In this document: one piece after another, positions 9,102 to 19,764 of the stretch
How positions within the stretch are numbered: the stretch's first letter is position 1
Layout of the letters: each line of letters starts with the position of its first letter
NCBI GenBank assembly: GCA_963745295.1
Contig: CAVUWG010000001.1
Location: forward strand, 131,286 to 195,285
Direction: 5' to 3'
Length of the DNA: 64,000 nucleotides
Source of the DNA: an uncultured Chloroflexia bacterium
GTDB lineage: Bacteria > Chloroflexota > Limnocylindria > Limnocylindrales > CSP1-4
The notes under the pieces: model-generated
Told to the model about the DNA's origin: nothing
Databases searched by the model: none
Seen by the model: only the letters and a program-made list of their open reading frames with translations
Translations under genes and position numbers: made by a program

Positions 9102-10028
9102 CTAGCCGAGCGCCGCTTCCGTCAGCGTCGCCACGGCCGCGACCGTCACCGGGATGTCCCCGTTGGCGAGCGTGATCCCGGTCGCCCCGAACCCGACGAC
9201 CGGCATGGCGTCGGCCAGGGCCCGGATCGACCCAACGGCCGTGTCGAGCGACAGGCCATCGGGTTCCGGCGTCGTCAGGGCCCAGCCACCGGATTCATCC
9301 AGGCTATCCATGTCGAACGCGATGTAGACGCCATCGACCCGGGCTGCGACCGCGGCGGCCCACCCGCGCAGGGCCGCCTGGCCGCCCTCGGTCGCCAGCA
9401 TGCCTGCCCCGAAGTGCGCGACGCGCGACGCCGCCAGCATCCGCGATTCGGTCTCATCGAGGACCTGGCCGCCGAGCAATGCGGCGTCCTCCTCCAGCAC
9501 GGTCGGGCCGTCCGCGGCGGCCACCAGGTCGGCGTCACCGCGGCCGCAGATCATCGCGAACGGCATGCCCCACACGTTCCCCGACGGCGTCGTGTCGGGC
9601 GTGTTGAAGTCCCCGTGTGCATCGAACCAGGCGAGCGCGATCCGGCCCTCCGGCCGGGCGCGTCGGAGCCCCGCGAGCGCGCCGGCGTGGGCCGTGCAGT
9701 CGCCGCCCAGGATCAGGAGCCGGGCCGGCTGGACGGGCTGCGTCGGGACGTCCAGGGCGGTCACGACGAGGTCCCGCGCCCGCGGCAGGAACTCGGCGAT
9801 CGCCGCCTGGTTCTTCGCGCGCGGGTCCGGATCGGGTTGGAAGCCGGGTTCGATGGCCAGGTCGCCGGCATCGAACAGGTCGGTGGTCCCGAGTCCGGGC
9901 CGAGCCCGCAACGCGGCGACCAGACCGGCCGCGCGCAGCCCGCCCGGCGTCAGCTCCATGCCGGAGAGGTGGCCGCCAAGGGCGGTCGGGACCCCGACGA
10001 TCGCGACGACGTCATGCATGCCCGGCAT
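9102..10028 (-). CDS. arginase/agmatinase/formiminoglutamase-family ureohydrolase
   Basis: ORF 9102..10028 carries the metal-binding motifs GGDCT, DAHGDFNTP and DMDSLD. Confidence 0.8.
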   Translation of the reverse strand: MPGMHDVVAIVGVPTALGGHLSGMELTPGGLRAAGLVAALRARPGLGTTDLFDAGDLAIEPGFQPDPDPRAKNQAAIAEFLPRARDLVVTALDVPTQPVQPARLLILGGDCTAHAGALAGLRRARPEGRIALAWFDAHGDFNTPDTTPSGNVWGMPFAMICGRGDADLVAAADGPTVLEEDAALLGGQVLDETESRMLAASRVAHFGAGMLATEGGQAALRGWAAAVAARVDGVYIAFDMDSLDESGGWALTTPEPDGLSLDTAVGSIRALADAMPVVGFGATGITLANGDIPVTVAAVATLTEAALG

Positions 10029-10047
10029 CGTGCCGCATCATTGACCG

Positions 10048-11173
10048 ATGCGTATCGCCGAGTTCGCACTGGAGCGCTATTTCGCCCGCTGGGAGTTCGC
10101 GGTCGAGCACGTCCTGTGCGCGTCGGACGTCCAGGGCGTGCCGATGGCCGAGCTCCTGGCCCTCGCCGACGACGAGACGCGCGACCTGTGGGACGGCCTG
10201 ACCCTCGGCTATACGGAGTCGACCGGCCATCCGCTCCTGCGCCGTGAGATCGCGGCCCTGTACGACGGCATCGAGCCCGACGAGGTCCTGACCTTCTCCG
10301 GCGCCGAGGAGGCCATCTACTGCCTCGTGAACGTCCTGCTCGGCCCGGGCGACCACGCGGTCGTGCCGTGGCCCGCTTACCAGAGCCTGTACGAGGTGGG
10401 CCGTGCGAACGGCGCCGACGTCACGCTCCACGAGCTGCACGAGACCGACGGCTGGTCGCTCGACGTGCCGCGCCTGCTCGGGGCACTGACCCCGGCGACC
10501 CGCCTCGTCGTCGTCAACGCGCCGCACAACCCGACCGGGATGATGCCGACGGCCGCGGAGTGGGCCGCGCTGACCGGCGAGCTCTCGTCGCGCGGCATCC
10601 ACCTCCTCGCCGACGAGGTCTACCGCTTCCTCGAGTTCGACGTGAGCCGACCGCCTCACCGCCGGTGCCGACGCGTTCGAGCGCGGCGTGTCGCTCGGGG
10701 TCATGTCCAAGTCGTTCGCGATGGCCGGCCTGCGGATCGGCTGGCTGGCGAGCCACGACCGCGACCTGCTCGCCCGGTGCATGGCCGCGAAGGACTACCT
10801 GACGATCTGCTCGTCGGCGCCGTCGGAGATCCTCGCGCTGATCGGGCTGCGTGCCCGCGACCGCATCCTGGCCCGGTCGCGCGGGATCGTGGCCGCGAAC
10901 ATGGAGCGACTCGACGAGTTCTTCGCCGACTGGGCGGACCGGTTCACGTGGGTCCGCCCGCGGGGCGGCTCGATCGGGTTCCCGCGCCTGACCGTGCCGG
11001 GGGTCCGCATCGACGACTGGGCGTCCGCGCTGGTCGAGGCCGAGGGCGTGCTGCTCGTGCCGGGCTCGGTCTTCGGGCACCCGGGCAACCACTTCCGCCT
11101 CGGGTTCGGCCGGACCGACCTGCCCGAGGGGCTGGGTCTCCTGGAGGGCTACGCCGCGCGGACCTTGCGCTAG
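10048..11173 (+). pseudogene. class I/II PLP-dependent aminotransferase, one apparent frameshift
   Basis: The N-terminal ~197 aa are in ORF 10048..11229 (…NAPHNPTGMM…ADEVYRFLEFD). The C-terminal part is in ORF 10688..11173 (SKSFAMAGLRIGW PLP-lysine motif). The frame change lies at about 10639-10646. Confidence 0.75.
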
Positions 11174-11279
11174 GGACACGTCGCAATGCCGTTGCGATGC
11201 GCGTCCCGCCCGCGTCGGTCCGTCGGTGATGCCCCGACGAGCAGACTCGGTTGCCCACCCGCACAACACGAGGTCCACC

Positions 11280-11879
11280 ATGGCCACCAAGACCCTGACC
11301 CGCCCGAGCCGCAACGGCCGCTCGGCGTCCTCGCCCGATCCGAAGCTCAGCGCCAGCGGGCCGGAGATCCAGCGCTTCGGTACCCTGCGCCAGCTGCCCA
11401 TCGGGCTGCCCGACGCGGCGAAGTCGAAGAGCTGCACGCTCCTCAACGAGATCCTCGCCGACTCGATGGTCCTGTACTCGATGTACAAGAAGCATCACTG
11501 GCTGGTCGCCGGGCCGACCTTTTACCAGCTGCACCTGTTGTTCGACAAGCACGCCGAGGAGCAGAACGAGCTCATCGACATGCTGGCCGAGCGCGTGCAG
11601 AGCCTGGGCGGCATCGCCGTCGGCGATCCGCGCCACGCGGCCGAACTGACGTCGATCCCGCGTCCCCCGGACGGCGCGGAGGACGTGGCGGTGATGATCG
11701 ACCGGACCCTCGCGGCCCACGAGATCGTCATCGGCAAGGCCCGCAAGGGCATCAAGGCCACCGAGACGTCCGAGGACTGGGGCACGAACGACCTGCTCAT
11801 GGGGGACGTCCTGCGCCGCCACGAGCTCCAGGTCTGGTTCCTCTCCGAGCACGTCGTGGACGTGCCGCTCATCGACTGA
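11280..11879 (+). CDS. dps: Dps-family DNA starvation/stationary-phase protection protein
   Basis: ORF 11226..11879. The likely start is ATG 11280, preceded by 'gagg'. It has the ferritin-like Dps pattern (YKKHHWLVAGPTFYQLHLLFDKHAEEQ...). Confidence 0.85.
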   Translation: MATKTLTRPSRNGRSASSPDPKLSASGPEIQRFGTLRQLPIGLPDAAKSKSCTLLNEILADSMVLYSMYKKHHWLVAGPTFYQLHLLFDKHAEEQNELIDMLAERVQSLGGIAVGDPRHAAELTSIPRPPDGAEDVAVMIDRTLAAHEIVIGKARKGIKATETSEDWGTNDLLMGDVLRRHELQVWFLSEHVVDVPLID

Positions 11880-11936
11880 CCGGGGGTCAGGGCGCGTTCT
11901 CGTCCGGGCCGGCTCAGTCGGCTCGGGGGGAACGGA

Positions 11937-12605
11937 TCAGAGCGCGCCGGCGGTGCGCGGTCGGGGCATCCCCGCACTCAACCCGCGCCAGCCACGCTTC
12001 AGCGGGTCGGCGAGCCAGTCGCGCAGGCTGGGTCGCCCGACCAGTCGCGGATCGATCGGCTGGGGGGCACGGCGGGTCGGCCTTGGCGTGAACGGCTCGC
12101 CATCGTCCCCGATCGTATCGCGGCGCGGCTCGACGATCGGCTTGGTCGGCGCCCCGGCCATGCGGGCGCTCAGCGGCAGCGTGCGGCCGTGCCAGCCGAG
12201 ATATCGGGCGGGCTCGATCCGGATGACCAGGGAATAGGTCGCGGCGTACTCGGCCGGCGTCAGGCCGATGGCGGCCATCCGGTCGGCGTACTTCTCGAGA
12301 TGCTCGAGCGGCATGACCTCGGCGGTCGGGCGGTCGAGGATCTCAGCGCGGCCCTCGAGCAGGCCGATGTCGAAGTCCTCGTCGGCGTCGCCGAGCGCGA
12401 GCATCGCCGACGGGCGGGCCCGCAGGTTGCGGACTTTCTGCGCATCGGGCTTGGAGAACACCAGCAGCGCCTCGCCGTCCCACCAGAACCAGATCGGGAC
12501 GATGTGGGGCGTGCCGTCGGGGCGGACGGACGACAGCCAGACGATCGGCTCCTGCTGCAGGAACCGCTCGATGCGACTGACGGCCAGGCTGGCGACGTGC
12601 TCCAT
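11937..12605 (-). CDS. PPOX-class (pyridoxamine 5'-phosphate oxidase-like) probable F420-dependent enzyme with a C-terminal extension
   Basis: ORF 11937..12605. The N-terminal ~135 aa match the PPOX split-barrel pattern (WLSSVRPDGTPHIVPIWFWWDGEALLVFS). The tail has no recognisable domain. Confidence 0.65.
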   Translation of the reverse strand: MEHVASLAVSRIERFLQQEPIVWLSSVRPDGTPHIVPIWFWWDGEALLVFSKPDAQKVRNLRARPSAMLALGDADEDFDIGLLEGRAEILDRPTAEVMPLEHLEKYADRMAAIGLTPAEYAATYSLVIRIEPARYLGWHGRTLPLSARMAGAPTKPIVEPRRDTIGDDGEPFTPRPTRRAPQPIDPRLVGRPSLRDWLADPLKRGWRGLSAGMPRPRTAGAL

Positions 12606-12733
12606 GGCCGCAGGATGCCGGCCCGGACCCGCCGGCGGCCACCCACCCGGGTCCGGTGTCGCATGGACGTCCGTCGATGGCGGATCGCCGTCGCCCGGCC
12701 GCGCAGGACCAGCCGCCCCGGCTGCCTCCGGCG

Positions 12734-13156
12734 TCAGCGGCCCTGGCTGCCGCCGAGCATCCCGCCGAGCAACCCGCCGAGATCCGGCAGCGACCCCGCG
12801 GCGCCGTTCAGGCCGCCGGCGGGCGTCTGGCCGTCCGGCGTCAACATGTCGACGATCTGGGGCAGGAACGCGGCCAGCATCGGCAGGAGGGCCGCGATGT
12901 CGATCCCGGAGCCCTGCGACAGTCGCCCGACCGTGTCCGGTCCCAGCGCCTGACCGAGCTGGTCAGGCCCGACGCCCTGGTTCTGCCCGGTCGAGATCCA
13001 GGAATCGACCTGGTCGCCGAGGCCGGCATCCTTGAGCTTGCCCAGGAGGCCGTCGATGCCGCCCTCGCCCTGGATCGCGTTCGCGAGGCCGCCGAGGGCG
13101 GCGCCCGGGTCGGTCCCGCCGGTGGCACCACCCAGCTGGTTGATGAGGTCGTCCAT
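12734..13156 (-). CDS. YidB/DUF937-family protein
   Basis: ORF 12734..13156 is a Gly-rich 140-aa protein. It has the motifs GLGDQVDSWISTGQNQ and LLPMLAAFLPQIVDMLTPDG, typical of DUF937. Confidence 0.7.
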   Translation of the reverse strand: MDDLINQLGGATGGTDPGAALGGLANAIQGEGGIDGLLGKLKDAGLGDQVDSWISTGQNQGVGPDQLGQALGPDTVGRLSQGSGIDIAALLPMLAAFLPQIVDMLTPDGQTPAGGLNGAAGSLPDLGGLLGGMLGGSQGR

Positions 13157-13217
13157 CCTCGTCTCCTCCGTCGCTGATCGACGCGCGACGCGCCCCGAAC
13201 GTCAGATGGTAGGTCGC

Positions 13218-14198
13218 TCAGGCCTCTTCGTCCGGCGCCTCGACCAATTCCGCCGCGACTGGCTCGTCCGGGGCGGGGCGGTCCGCGACGAGCTCGGCGT
13301 CGAGCGGCCACGACCACGTCCGGAGGCGCTTGAGCAGCCGTCGCCCGGTCAGGTCGAGGTGGATGGGCGTGACGGCGATCCGTCGGTTCACGACCGCATG
13401 GAAGTCCGTGCCGACGATGGCCTGGCCGGACGGTGGCGGTCCGCCGATCCAGAAGTAGGGGATCCCGCGTGGGTCGAGGCGCTCGATGAGCTGGTCCTGG
13501 TACACGCGCTTGCCGAGCCGCGTGACCTCGAAGCCTTCGCATTCCTCGATCGGGACCGCCGGCACGTTCACGTTGATGAGCTCGCCCTTCGACAGGCCGT
13601 GCTCAAGGAGGTTCCGGGCCACGGTCTTCGCGGCCACCGCCGCCAGCGCGAAATCGGGATGCTCGTAGTACTCCTGCGAGATCGCGAAGGCCGGGCAGTT
13701 GTTGATGACCGACTCCATCGCCGCGCTGACCGTGCCCGAGTACGTGATGTCGTCGCCGAGATTCGCGCCGTAGTTGATGCCGGCCGCGACCAGGTCGAAG
13801 CCGTGCCCGAAATAGCCGAGGAACGCGAGGCTGACCGCGTCGGTCGGTGAGCCGTCGACCGAGTAGGCGAGCGACCCATCGCCGAGGATCCGCTCGCGGA
13901 CGCGGAGCGGACGCATCAGCGTCTTCTGGTGACCGACGGCGCTCTGATTCGTGTCCGGCGCCACGACCGTCACGTCGCCGAACCCGTCGAGCGCCTGCTT
14001 GAGCGCGAGCAGGCCGCGCGACTCGACCCCGTCGTCGTTCGTGACGAGGATGCGCGGCCGACTGGTCCACTCGCCCAACGGCCGGACCGGCGACGTTCGG
14101 AGAGCGCGCGGCCCGCCCCGCGCGGTGCCACCGGCCACCGGCTCACCGCGTTCCTTGTCGAGATCGCGCCGCTCCGTCCGGGCCCGCTCCCGGGTCAT
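13218..14198 (-). CDS. surE: 5'/3'-nucleotidase SurE
   Basis: This is the tail of ORF 13218..14630 (ILVTNDDGVESRGLLAL...GINYGANLGDDITYSGTV). The start is ATG 14198, or GTG 14222, which makes a GTGA overlap with the upstream stop. Confidence 0.85.
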   Translation of the reverse strand: MTRERARTERRDLDKERGEPVAGGTARGGPRALRTSPVRPLGEWTSRPRILVTNDDGVESRGLLALKQALDGFGDVTVVAPDTNQSAVGHQKTLMRPLRVRERILGDGSLAYSVDGSPTDAVSLAFLGYFGHGFDLVAAGINYGANLGDDITYSGTVSAAMESVINNCPAFAISQEYYEHPDFALAAVAAKTVARNLLEHGLSKGELINVNVPAVPIEECEGFEVTRLGKRVYQDQLIERLDPRGIPYFWIGGPPPSGQAIVGTDFHAVVNRRIAVTPIHLDLTGRRLLKRLRTWSWPLDAELVADRPAPDEPVAAELVEAPDEEA

Positions 14199-14218
14199 GT
14201 CCGGCGGGTTGTCGTCGG

Positions 14219-15436
14219 TCACGCGATGTCGCCCTCCGGGTCGGCGTCCGCGACCTCGTCGATGTCGTCCACGCTGCCCGGCGACGGCTCTCGCGGGACG
14301 TGCACCGGTTTGCCGTCCCGTTCGCTCAGGCGGCGGGCCGCTCGGCCCGCCACGGTCCGATCGCCGGTCGAGCGATGCAGGAAGTGGAAGAAGAACGCGG
14401 ACACGACGGCCGCGACCGGGATGCCGAAGACCGCGCCGGCGACGCCCGCCAGCCGCGACCCGATCAGGACCGACCCGAGGACGACGATCGGGTGGATGCC
14501 GACGGCGCCCTGCATGATCCGTGGCTGCATGACGTTCATGACGAGGATCCAGCCGATGATCATCAGGATCAGGGTCGGGATCAGGGCATCGGGCTTGAAG
14601 AGCAGCGCCACGATGACCGGCGGCGCCCACGACAGGAACGGTCCGAAGAACGGGATCGCCTGCAGGATGCCGGACGCGGTGGACGTCAGGGCCGGGAGCG
14701 GCAGCCCCATCAGGAGACTCGTCCCCAGCGCGATGAAGAAGTAGACGAGGCCCATGAAGGCCTGGCCTCGGAGGAAGCCTCCGAACGAGCGCGATACCGA
14801 CGTCTGGAGCAGCCGCGCCTCTTCGGCGTAGGTCGGCGGCACGATCCGGAACAGGAACGCCATGATCTGGTCTCGGTCAACGACCATGTAGATCGACAGG
14901 AAGAAGACGATGAGCATCGTGCCGATGACGCTCACGCTCGCGACCGCGATCGACTGGAGCGGCTGGACGAGCACCCCGGCCAGGTCGTCGAGGTTGGCGA
15001 GGAGGGCCGAAGCCTGCGCGGCGAGATCGATCTGGCTCAAGCCCACCTGGTTCAGCCATTGCTGCCACGGCCGGAGGATCGAGGGCAGGTCCTGCTCGAT
15101 CTGCGGGATCCTGGCGACGAACTCCCCGATCGAGGTCGCGAGCGCGCCGGCCACCAGCACGATGATGAGCACGAGGACGAGCACGACCGCCGTGTAGACG
15201 ATGACCGTCGCGAAGGCTCGTGGCAGCCGCGGGACGATGCCCACGATCCGCGACACGACGGGGCTGATGATGAAGGCGAGGAGCCAGGCCAGGAAGAACG
15301 TCAGCAGGATGTCGGCGAAGAACGAGAAGAGGTTCGCGAGCTGGCCGATGACGATGAAGAAGAGTGCGAGGGCGCCCAGCACGAGGATGATGCGGATGAG
15401 TCGGGGGTCCCGTCCGACGCTCTGGACCTCCTGCAT
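14219..15436 (-). CDS. AI-2E family transporter (PerM/UPF0118)
   Basis: ORF 14219..15436 is a polytopic membrane protein with typical AI-2E family sequence. Confidence 0.8.
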   Translation of the reverse strand: MQEVQSVGRDPRLIRIILVLGALALFFIVIGQLANLFSFFADILLTFFLAWLLAFIISPVVSRIVGIVPRLPRAFATVIVYTAVVLVLVLIIVLVAGALATSIGEFVARIPQIEQDLPSILRPWQQWLNQVGLSQIDLAAQASALLANLDDLAGVLVQPLQSIAVASVSVIGTMLIVFFLSIYMVVDRDQIMAFLFRIVPPTYAEEARLLQTSVSRSFGGFLRGQAFMGLVYFFIALGTSLLMGLPLPALTSTASGILQAIPFFGPFLSWAPPVIVALLFKPDALIPTLILMIIGWILVMNVMQPRIMQGAVGIHPIVVLGSVLIGSRLAGVAGAVFGIPVAAVVSAFFFHFLHRSTGDRTVAGRAARRLSERDGKPVHVPREPSPGSVDDIDEVADADPEGDIA

Positions 15437-15472
15437 GGGCTCCTTCCTTCGTGGCTCCTGGTCCCGCGTTCG

Positions 15473-16492
15473 CTAGCGCAGGCCCATCTTCGTGCGGACC
15501 TCGGCCATGGTCGCCTCCGCGATCGGGCGGGCGCGTTCGGCGCCCTCCTCGACGATCCGCCCGACCTTCGCGGGATCGGCCATCAGCTCGAGGTAGCGTT
15601 CGCGGGCCGGGGCGTAGTGGGCGATGATCCGGTCCGCGAGCAACCGCTTCGTGTCGACGCAGCCCGTCCGGGCCGTCCGCTCGCCGTCCCAGATCTCCTC
15701 GAAGTCGTCACCGAAGAACCGGTGGAGCTGGCAGACGTTGCAGATCTCTGGTCGGCCCGGGTCGGTCCGCAGGATCCGCTTCGTGTCGGTGACCATGCTC
15801 ATCACCTGGCCGCGGATGACCTCGGGCGCGGCGAGGATCTCGATCGTGTTGTTGAGCGACTTGCTCATCTTCCTGACGCCGTCGGTGCCCAGCACGATCG
15901 GCGCCTCGGTATGGACCGCTTCCGGCTCGGGGAACGTGTCGCCGTACAGGCCGTTGAAGCGCCGCACGATCTCGCGCGACAGCTCGAGGTGTGCGGCCTG
16001 GTCCTTGCCGACCGGCACGAGCGAGGCCTTGTAGATGACGATGTCCGCGGCCTGCAGGACCGGGTAGGTGAGCAGGCCGTGGTTGACGTCGTCGGGCTGG
16101 TTGGCCTTCTTCTCCTTGTAGGTCGGGGTCCGCTCGAGCCAGCTCACCGGCGTGACCGTCGCGAGCAGCCAGGCGAGCTCGGTGTGCTCGGGCCGATGCG
16201 ACTGCACGAACAGCGTGCAGCGTTCCGGGTCGAGCCCGAGCGCGACGAGGGCCGCCGTCATCTCGCGCGTGCGCTGGCGGAGCAGTTCCGGATCGTGGAG
16301 GCTGGTCAGGGCGTGGTAGTCGACGATGCAGTAGATCGCCTCGTACTCGTACTGCAGTCGGACGTAGTTGCGGATCGCGCCGAGGTCGTTGCCGAGATGG
16401 GGTGCGCCCGACGGCTGGATCCCGGAGAAGATCCGGGGCCGTGGCGCCAGCGCGGGTGCCGCGGCGGGCGAGGGGGCCAACTCCGTCGTCAT
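15473..16492 (-). CDS. trpS: tryptophan--tRNA ligase
   Basis: This is the tail of ORF 15473..16906 from ATG 16492. It has class I motifs (GAPHLGN HIGH-like, KMSKS). Confidence 0.9.
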   Translation of the reverse strand: MTTELAPSPAAAPALAPRPRIFSGIQPSGAPHLGNDLGAIRNYVRLQYEYEAIYCIVDYHALTSLHDPELLRQRTREMTAALVALGLDPERCTLFVQSHRPEHTELAWLLATVTPVSWLERTPTYKEKKANQPDDVNHGLLTYPVLQAADIVIYKASLVPVGKDQAAHLELSREIVRRFNGLYGDTFPEPEAVHTEAPIVLGTDGVRKMSKSLNNTIEILAAPEVIRGQVMSMVTDTKRILRTDPGRPEICNVCQLHRFFGDDFEEIWDGERTARTGCVDTKRLLADRIIAHYAPARERYLELMADPAKVGRIVEEGAERARPIAEATMAEVRTKMGLR

Positions 16493-16585
16493 CGTCGGCG
16501 AGTGTAGCCGACGGGCCTCACCCATCGGCCCACGCCCGGCGTCGGCTACCATTCCGCCGATGTTGCGACCCGCCCGATCCCGGCC

Positions 16586-17711
16586 ATGAGCGGCGCTCCG
16601 CTGCGCGTCGCCGTGCTGGGTGCGGGGACCGTCGGCGCGCGAGGTCGTGTGCGCCCTGCTCGAGCGGGCGGGCACGCTGCACCCGTCCGATGGCGTCGCG
16701 CTCGTGCTCACCGGGATCGGCGTCCGTGACGTCGACCGGGCGGTGGAACGGGGCCTGCCGGCCGAGCTCCTGACCGATGCGCCGGCCCACCTCGTCGCCG
16801 ATGACGAGGCCGACGTCATCGTCGAGCTGATGGGCGGCGACGAGCCGGCCCACACCCTGATCGCGGCCGCGCTCTCGATGGGCAAGAGCGTCGTCACGGC
16901 CAACAAGCACGTGCTGGCACATCACGGCGCCGAGCTCGAGGCGACGGCCCGGCGCCACGACGCCACGCTCCGCTTCGAAGCCGCGGTCGGTGGCGGGATC
17001 CCGGTCCTCGGCCCGCTCGCGACGGACCTGGCCGCCAACCGGATCGAACGCGTGCGCGGCATCGTGAACGGCACGACCAACTACATCCTGAGCGCGATGA
17101 CCGACGAGGCAGCGCCGCAGGACTACGCCACCGCGCTCGCGGAGGCGCAGCGCCTCGGCTACGCCGAGGCCGACCCATCGGGCGATGTCGAAGGAGACGA
17201 CGCGGTCAACAAGCTCGTCATCCTCGCCCGACTCGCCTTCGATCGCTGGCTCGACCCGGGCGCGGTCCCGACCCGACCGGAGAGCGTCGGGGGAGCGGCC
17301 GGTCCCGGGATCACGACCGTCAGCCTCGCCGACCAGCGCGACGCCCGAGCGCAGGGCAGGATCATCCGGCTCCTGGCATCCGCCTCGATCGATCCCGACG
17401 GGTCCCTCTCGGCGTCCGTCCTGCCGACGGCGCTGCCGCTCGATTCGCCACTCGGCCGCACGGTCGGGGTCCGCAACCGGATCGAGGTCGACGGGCTGCC
17501 CGTCGGCCGTGTCGCGTTCGACGGTCCCGGTGCCGGCGGTGCCGCGACCTCGTCGGCGGTGCTCGGCGACCTCATGGCGGTCGCCCGCGGGACCGGTTCG
17601 ACGTGGGGCCCGCGACCATCGGCTGGTGGGCCGGACGGCGAGCCGCTCGCCGCGCGGTCCGGGGCGTTCCTGGAGACCGCGAGCGGGCGCCGGTATCCGA
17701 TCGATGACTGA
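16586..17711 (+). pseudogene. hom: homoserine dehydrogenase, one apparent frameshift near the 5' end
   Basis: ATG 16586 encodes MSGAPLRVAVLGAGTVG (the Rossmann GxGxxG motif) in one frame. The rest (REVVCALLERAG...) is ORF 16620..17711 in another frame. The break lies in the 'ggcgcgcgag' run at about 16634-16642. Confidence 0.8.
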
Positions 17712-18786
17712 CCTCGTGGGCGCCTCGGCGGTCCATCCGCGGCTCATGGAGCGTTACCGGCGCTACCTGCCGATCGGCGACGCGACACCGGCCCTGACGC
17801 TCGGCGAAGGCGGCACGCCGCTCGTCCACGCCCGACGCCTGGGGGCGACGATGGGCCTCTCCAGCCTGCATCTCAAGGTCGAGGGGCAGAACCCGACCGG
17901 ATCGTTCAAGGACCGCGGGATGGTGGTGGCGGTCGCCAAGGCGGCCGAGGCCGGTGCCCGGGCGATCGTCTGCGCCTCGACCGGCAACACGTCGGCGTCG
18001 GCCGCCGCGTATGGGGCGGCCGCCGGGATGGACGTCATCGTCGTCCTGCCGAAGGGCCAGATCGCGATCGGCAAGCTGCTCCAGGCCTTGGCCGCCGGCG
18101 CGCGGGTCGTGGCCATCGACGGCAACTTCGACCAGGCGCTCGCGATCGTCCGGGCGCTCGCGGAGCAGGACGACCACCCCGTGACCCTGGTCAACTCGGT
18201 CAACCCGTTCCGCCTCGACGGGCAGAAGACCGGGGCCTTCGAGATCTGCGACCAGCTCGGCCGGGCCCCGGACGTGCTGGCCATCCCGGTCGGCAACGCC
18301 GGCAACATCAGCGCCTACTGGGCCGGCTTCCGGGAGTACGCCGCGGCCGGCGTCACCGCGACCGTCCCCCGGATGTGGGGGTTCCAGGCGGCCGGCGCCG
18401 CGCCGATCGTCAACGGCCGCCGGGTGGACCATCCCGAGACCGTCGCGACCGCGATCCGGATCGGCGATCCCGCCTCGTGGACCCTCGCGGTCGAGGCCCG
18501 TGACGCATCGGGCGGCCGGATCGCGGCCGTGACCGACGACGAGATCCTCGCCGCGTACCGCGACCTCGCCCGCCTGGAGGGCATCTTCTGCGAGCCCGCG
18601 TCGGCGGCCGGCGTGGCCGGGGTCCGTCAGGCGGCCGCGGCCGGCGACCTCGACCCGGATGCGCTCGTGGTCGCGGTCCTCACCGGCCACGGCCTCAAGG
18701 ACCCGACCACGGCCGAGCGCGAGGTCGCACCGATCATCGACGCGGCCCCGACCGTTGGCGCGGTCGCCGTGGCGTTGGGCTGGTAG
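17704..18786 (+). CDS. thrC: threonine synthase
   Basis: This is the tail of ORF 17185..18786 from ATG 17704 (8-nt overlap with hom). It has the PLP motif [10 protein letters not shown]. Confidence 0.9.
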   Translation: MTDLVGASAVHPRLMERYRRYLPIGDATPALTLGEGGTPLVHARRLGATMGLSSLHLKVEGQNPTGSFKDRGMVVAVAKAAEAGARAIVCASTGNTSASAAAYGAAAGMDVIVVLPKGQIAIGKLLQALAAGARVVAIDGNFDQALAIVRALAEQDDHPVTLVNSVNPFRLDGQKTGAFEICDQLGRAPDVLAIPVGNAGNISAYWAGFREYAAAGVTATVPRMWGFQAAGAAPIVNGRRVDHPETVATAIRIGDPASWTLAVEARDASGGRIAAVTDDEILAAYRDLARLEGIFCEPASAAGVAGVRQAAAAGDLDPDALVVAVLTGHGLKDPTTAEREVAPIIDAAPTVGAVAVALGW

Positions 18787-18791
18787 GGACG

Positions 18792-19754
18792 ATGGTCGCG
18801 CACTGGCTCGCCGAGCTCGACGGACGCAAGATCACGGTCGAGGTGCCCGCGTCCTCGGCCAACCTCGGCGCCGGCTACGACTGCCTGGGCGTCGCGCTCG
18901 CGCTCACCAACAGGGTCGAGCTCGAGGTTCGCGGCTGGAGCCGTGGCGAGATCGAGCTGACCGTCGAGGGCGAAGGCCGCGACGAGCTCACGGAGGATCG
19001 CGACAACCGGTTCGTCCGGGGCCTCGAGGCGGCGCTGACGGCCGCCCGTGGCGAGCTGCCGGCCGGCGTCGGCTGGCGGATCGTCATGCACAACCGGATC
19101 CCGCTCGATCGCGGGCTCGGCTCGTCGGCCGCGGCCACCGTGGCCGGCGTCGTCGCCGGCAACGCGCTGCTCGGCGAGCCGCTCTCGAGCACGGAGCAGC
19201 TCCGGCTCGCGTGCGCGATCGAGGGACACCCGGACAACGCCGCGGCGGCGCTCCTCGGTGGTTTCACGGTCAGCACCGCGACCCCCGAGGGCGTGGAGGC
19301 CATCCGCTTCGACACACCACGCGACCTGCGCGCGGTCCTCTTCATCCCCGAGCTCCGCCTTGAGACCGAGGCCATGCGCCGGGCCCTGCCCGAGCAGGTC
19401 CCACTCGTGGACGCCGTCGCGAACCTCGGCGCGGTGGCGCTCGGCGTGGCCGGGATCGCGACCGGCCGCTACGACCTGCTGCGCTTCCTCACCGTGGACC
19501 GGATCCACGAGCAGTACCGCGCCGCCGCGTATCCGCAGTTCCCCGCGATGATCGAGGCGGCCCGCGAGGCCGGGGCACTGGGCGCCTGCCTGTCGGGCGC
19601 CGGCTCCACGATCATCGCGTTCGTGGACTCGATGGCGGGCATCACCCGGGTCGAGGCGGCGTTCGGCGCCGCAGCGGCCAACGTCGACCTGCCCGGACGC
19701 GTGGCGGTCGTCGAGCCGCGCAACACCGGCGCGAAGGTCATCAACCGGTCCTGA
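18792..19754 (+). CDS. thrB: homoserine kinase
   Basis: ORF 18792..19754 has GHMP kinase motifs (PASSANLGAGYD, PLDRGLGSSAAA). Confidence 0.9.
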   Translation: MVAHWLAELDGRKITVEVPASSANLGAGYDCLGVALALTNRVELEVRGWSRGEIELTVEGEGRDELTEDRDNRFVRGLEAALTAARGELPAGVGWRIVMHNRIPLDRGLGSSAAATVAGVVAGNALLGEPLSSTEQLRLACAIEGHPDNAAAALLGGFTVSTATPEGVEAIRFDTPRDLRAVLFIPELRLETEAMRRALPEQVPLVDAVANLGAVALGVAGIATGRYDLLRFLTVDRIHEQYRAAAYPQFPAMIEAAREAGALGACLSGAGSTIIAFVDSMAGITRVEAAFGAAAANVDLPGRVAVVEPRNTGAKVINRS

Positions 19755-19764
19755 GCCGGCCGGG

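Noticed and set aside
16493-16585. A T-box or attenuator leader upstream of trpS.
   Set aside because: Only 93 nt are available. No specifier-loop or T-box consensus was seen. Only the simple inverted repeat is reported.
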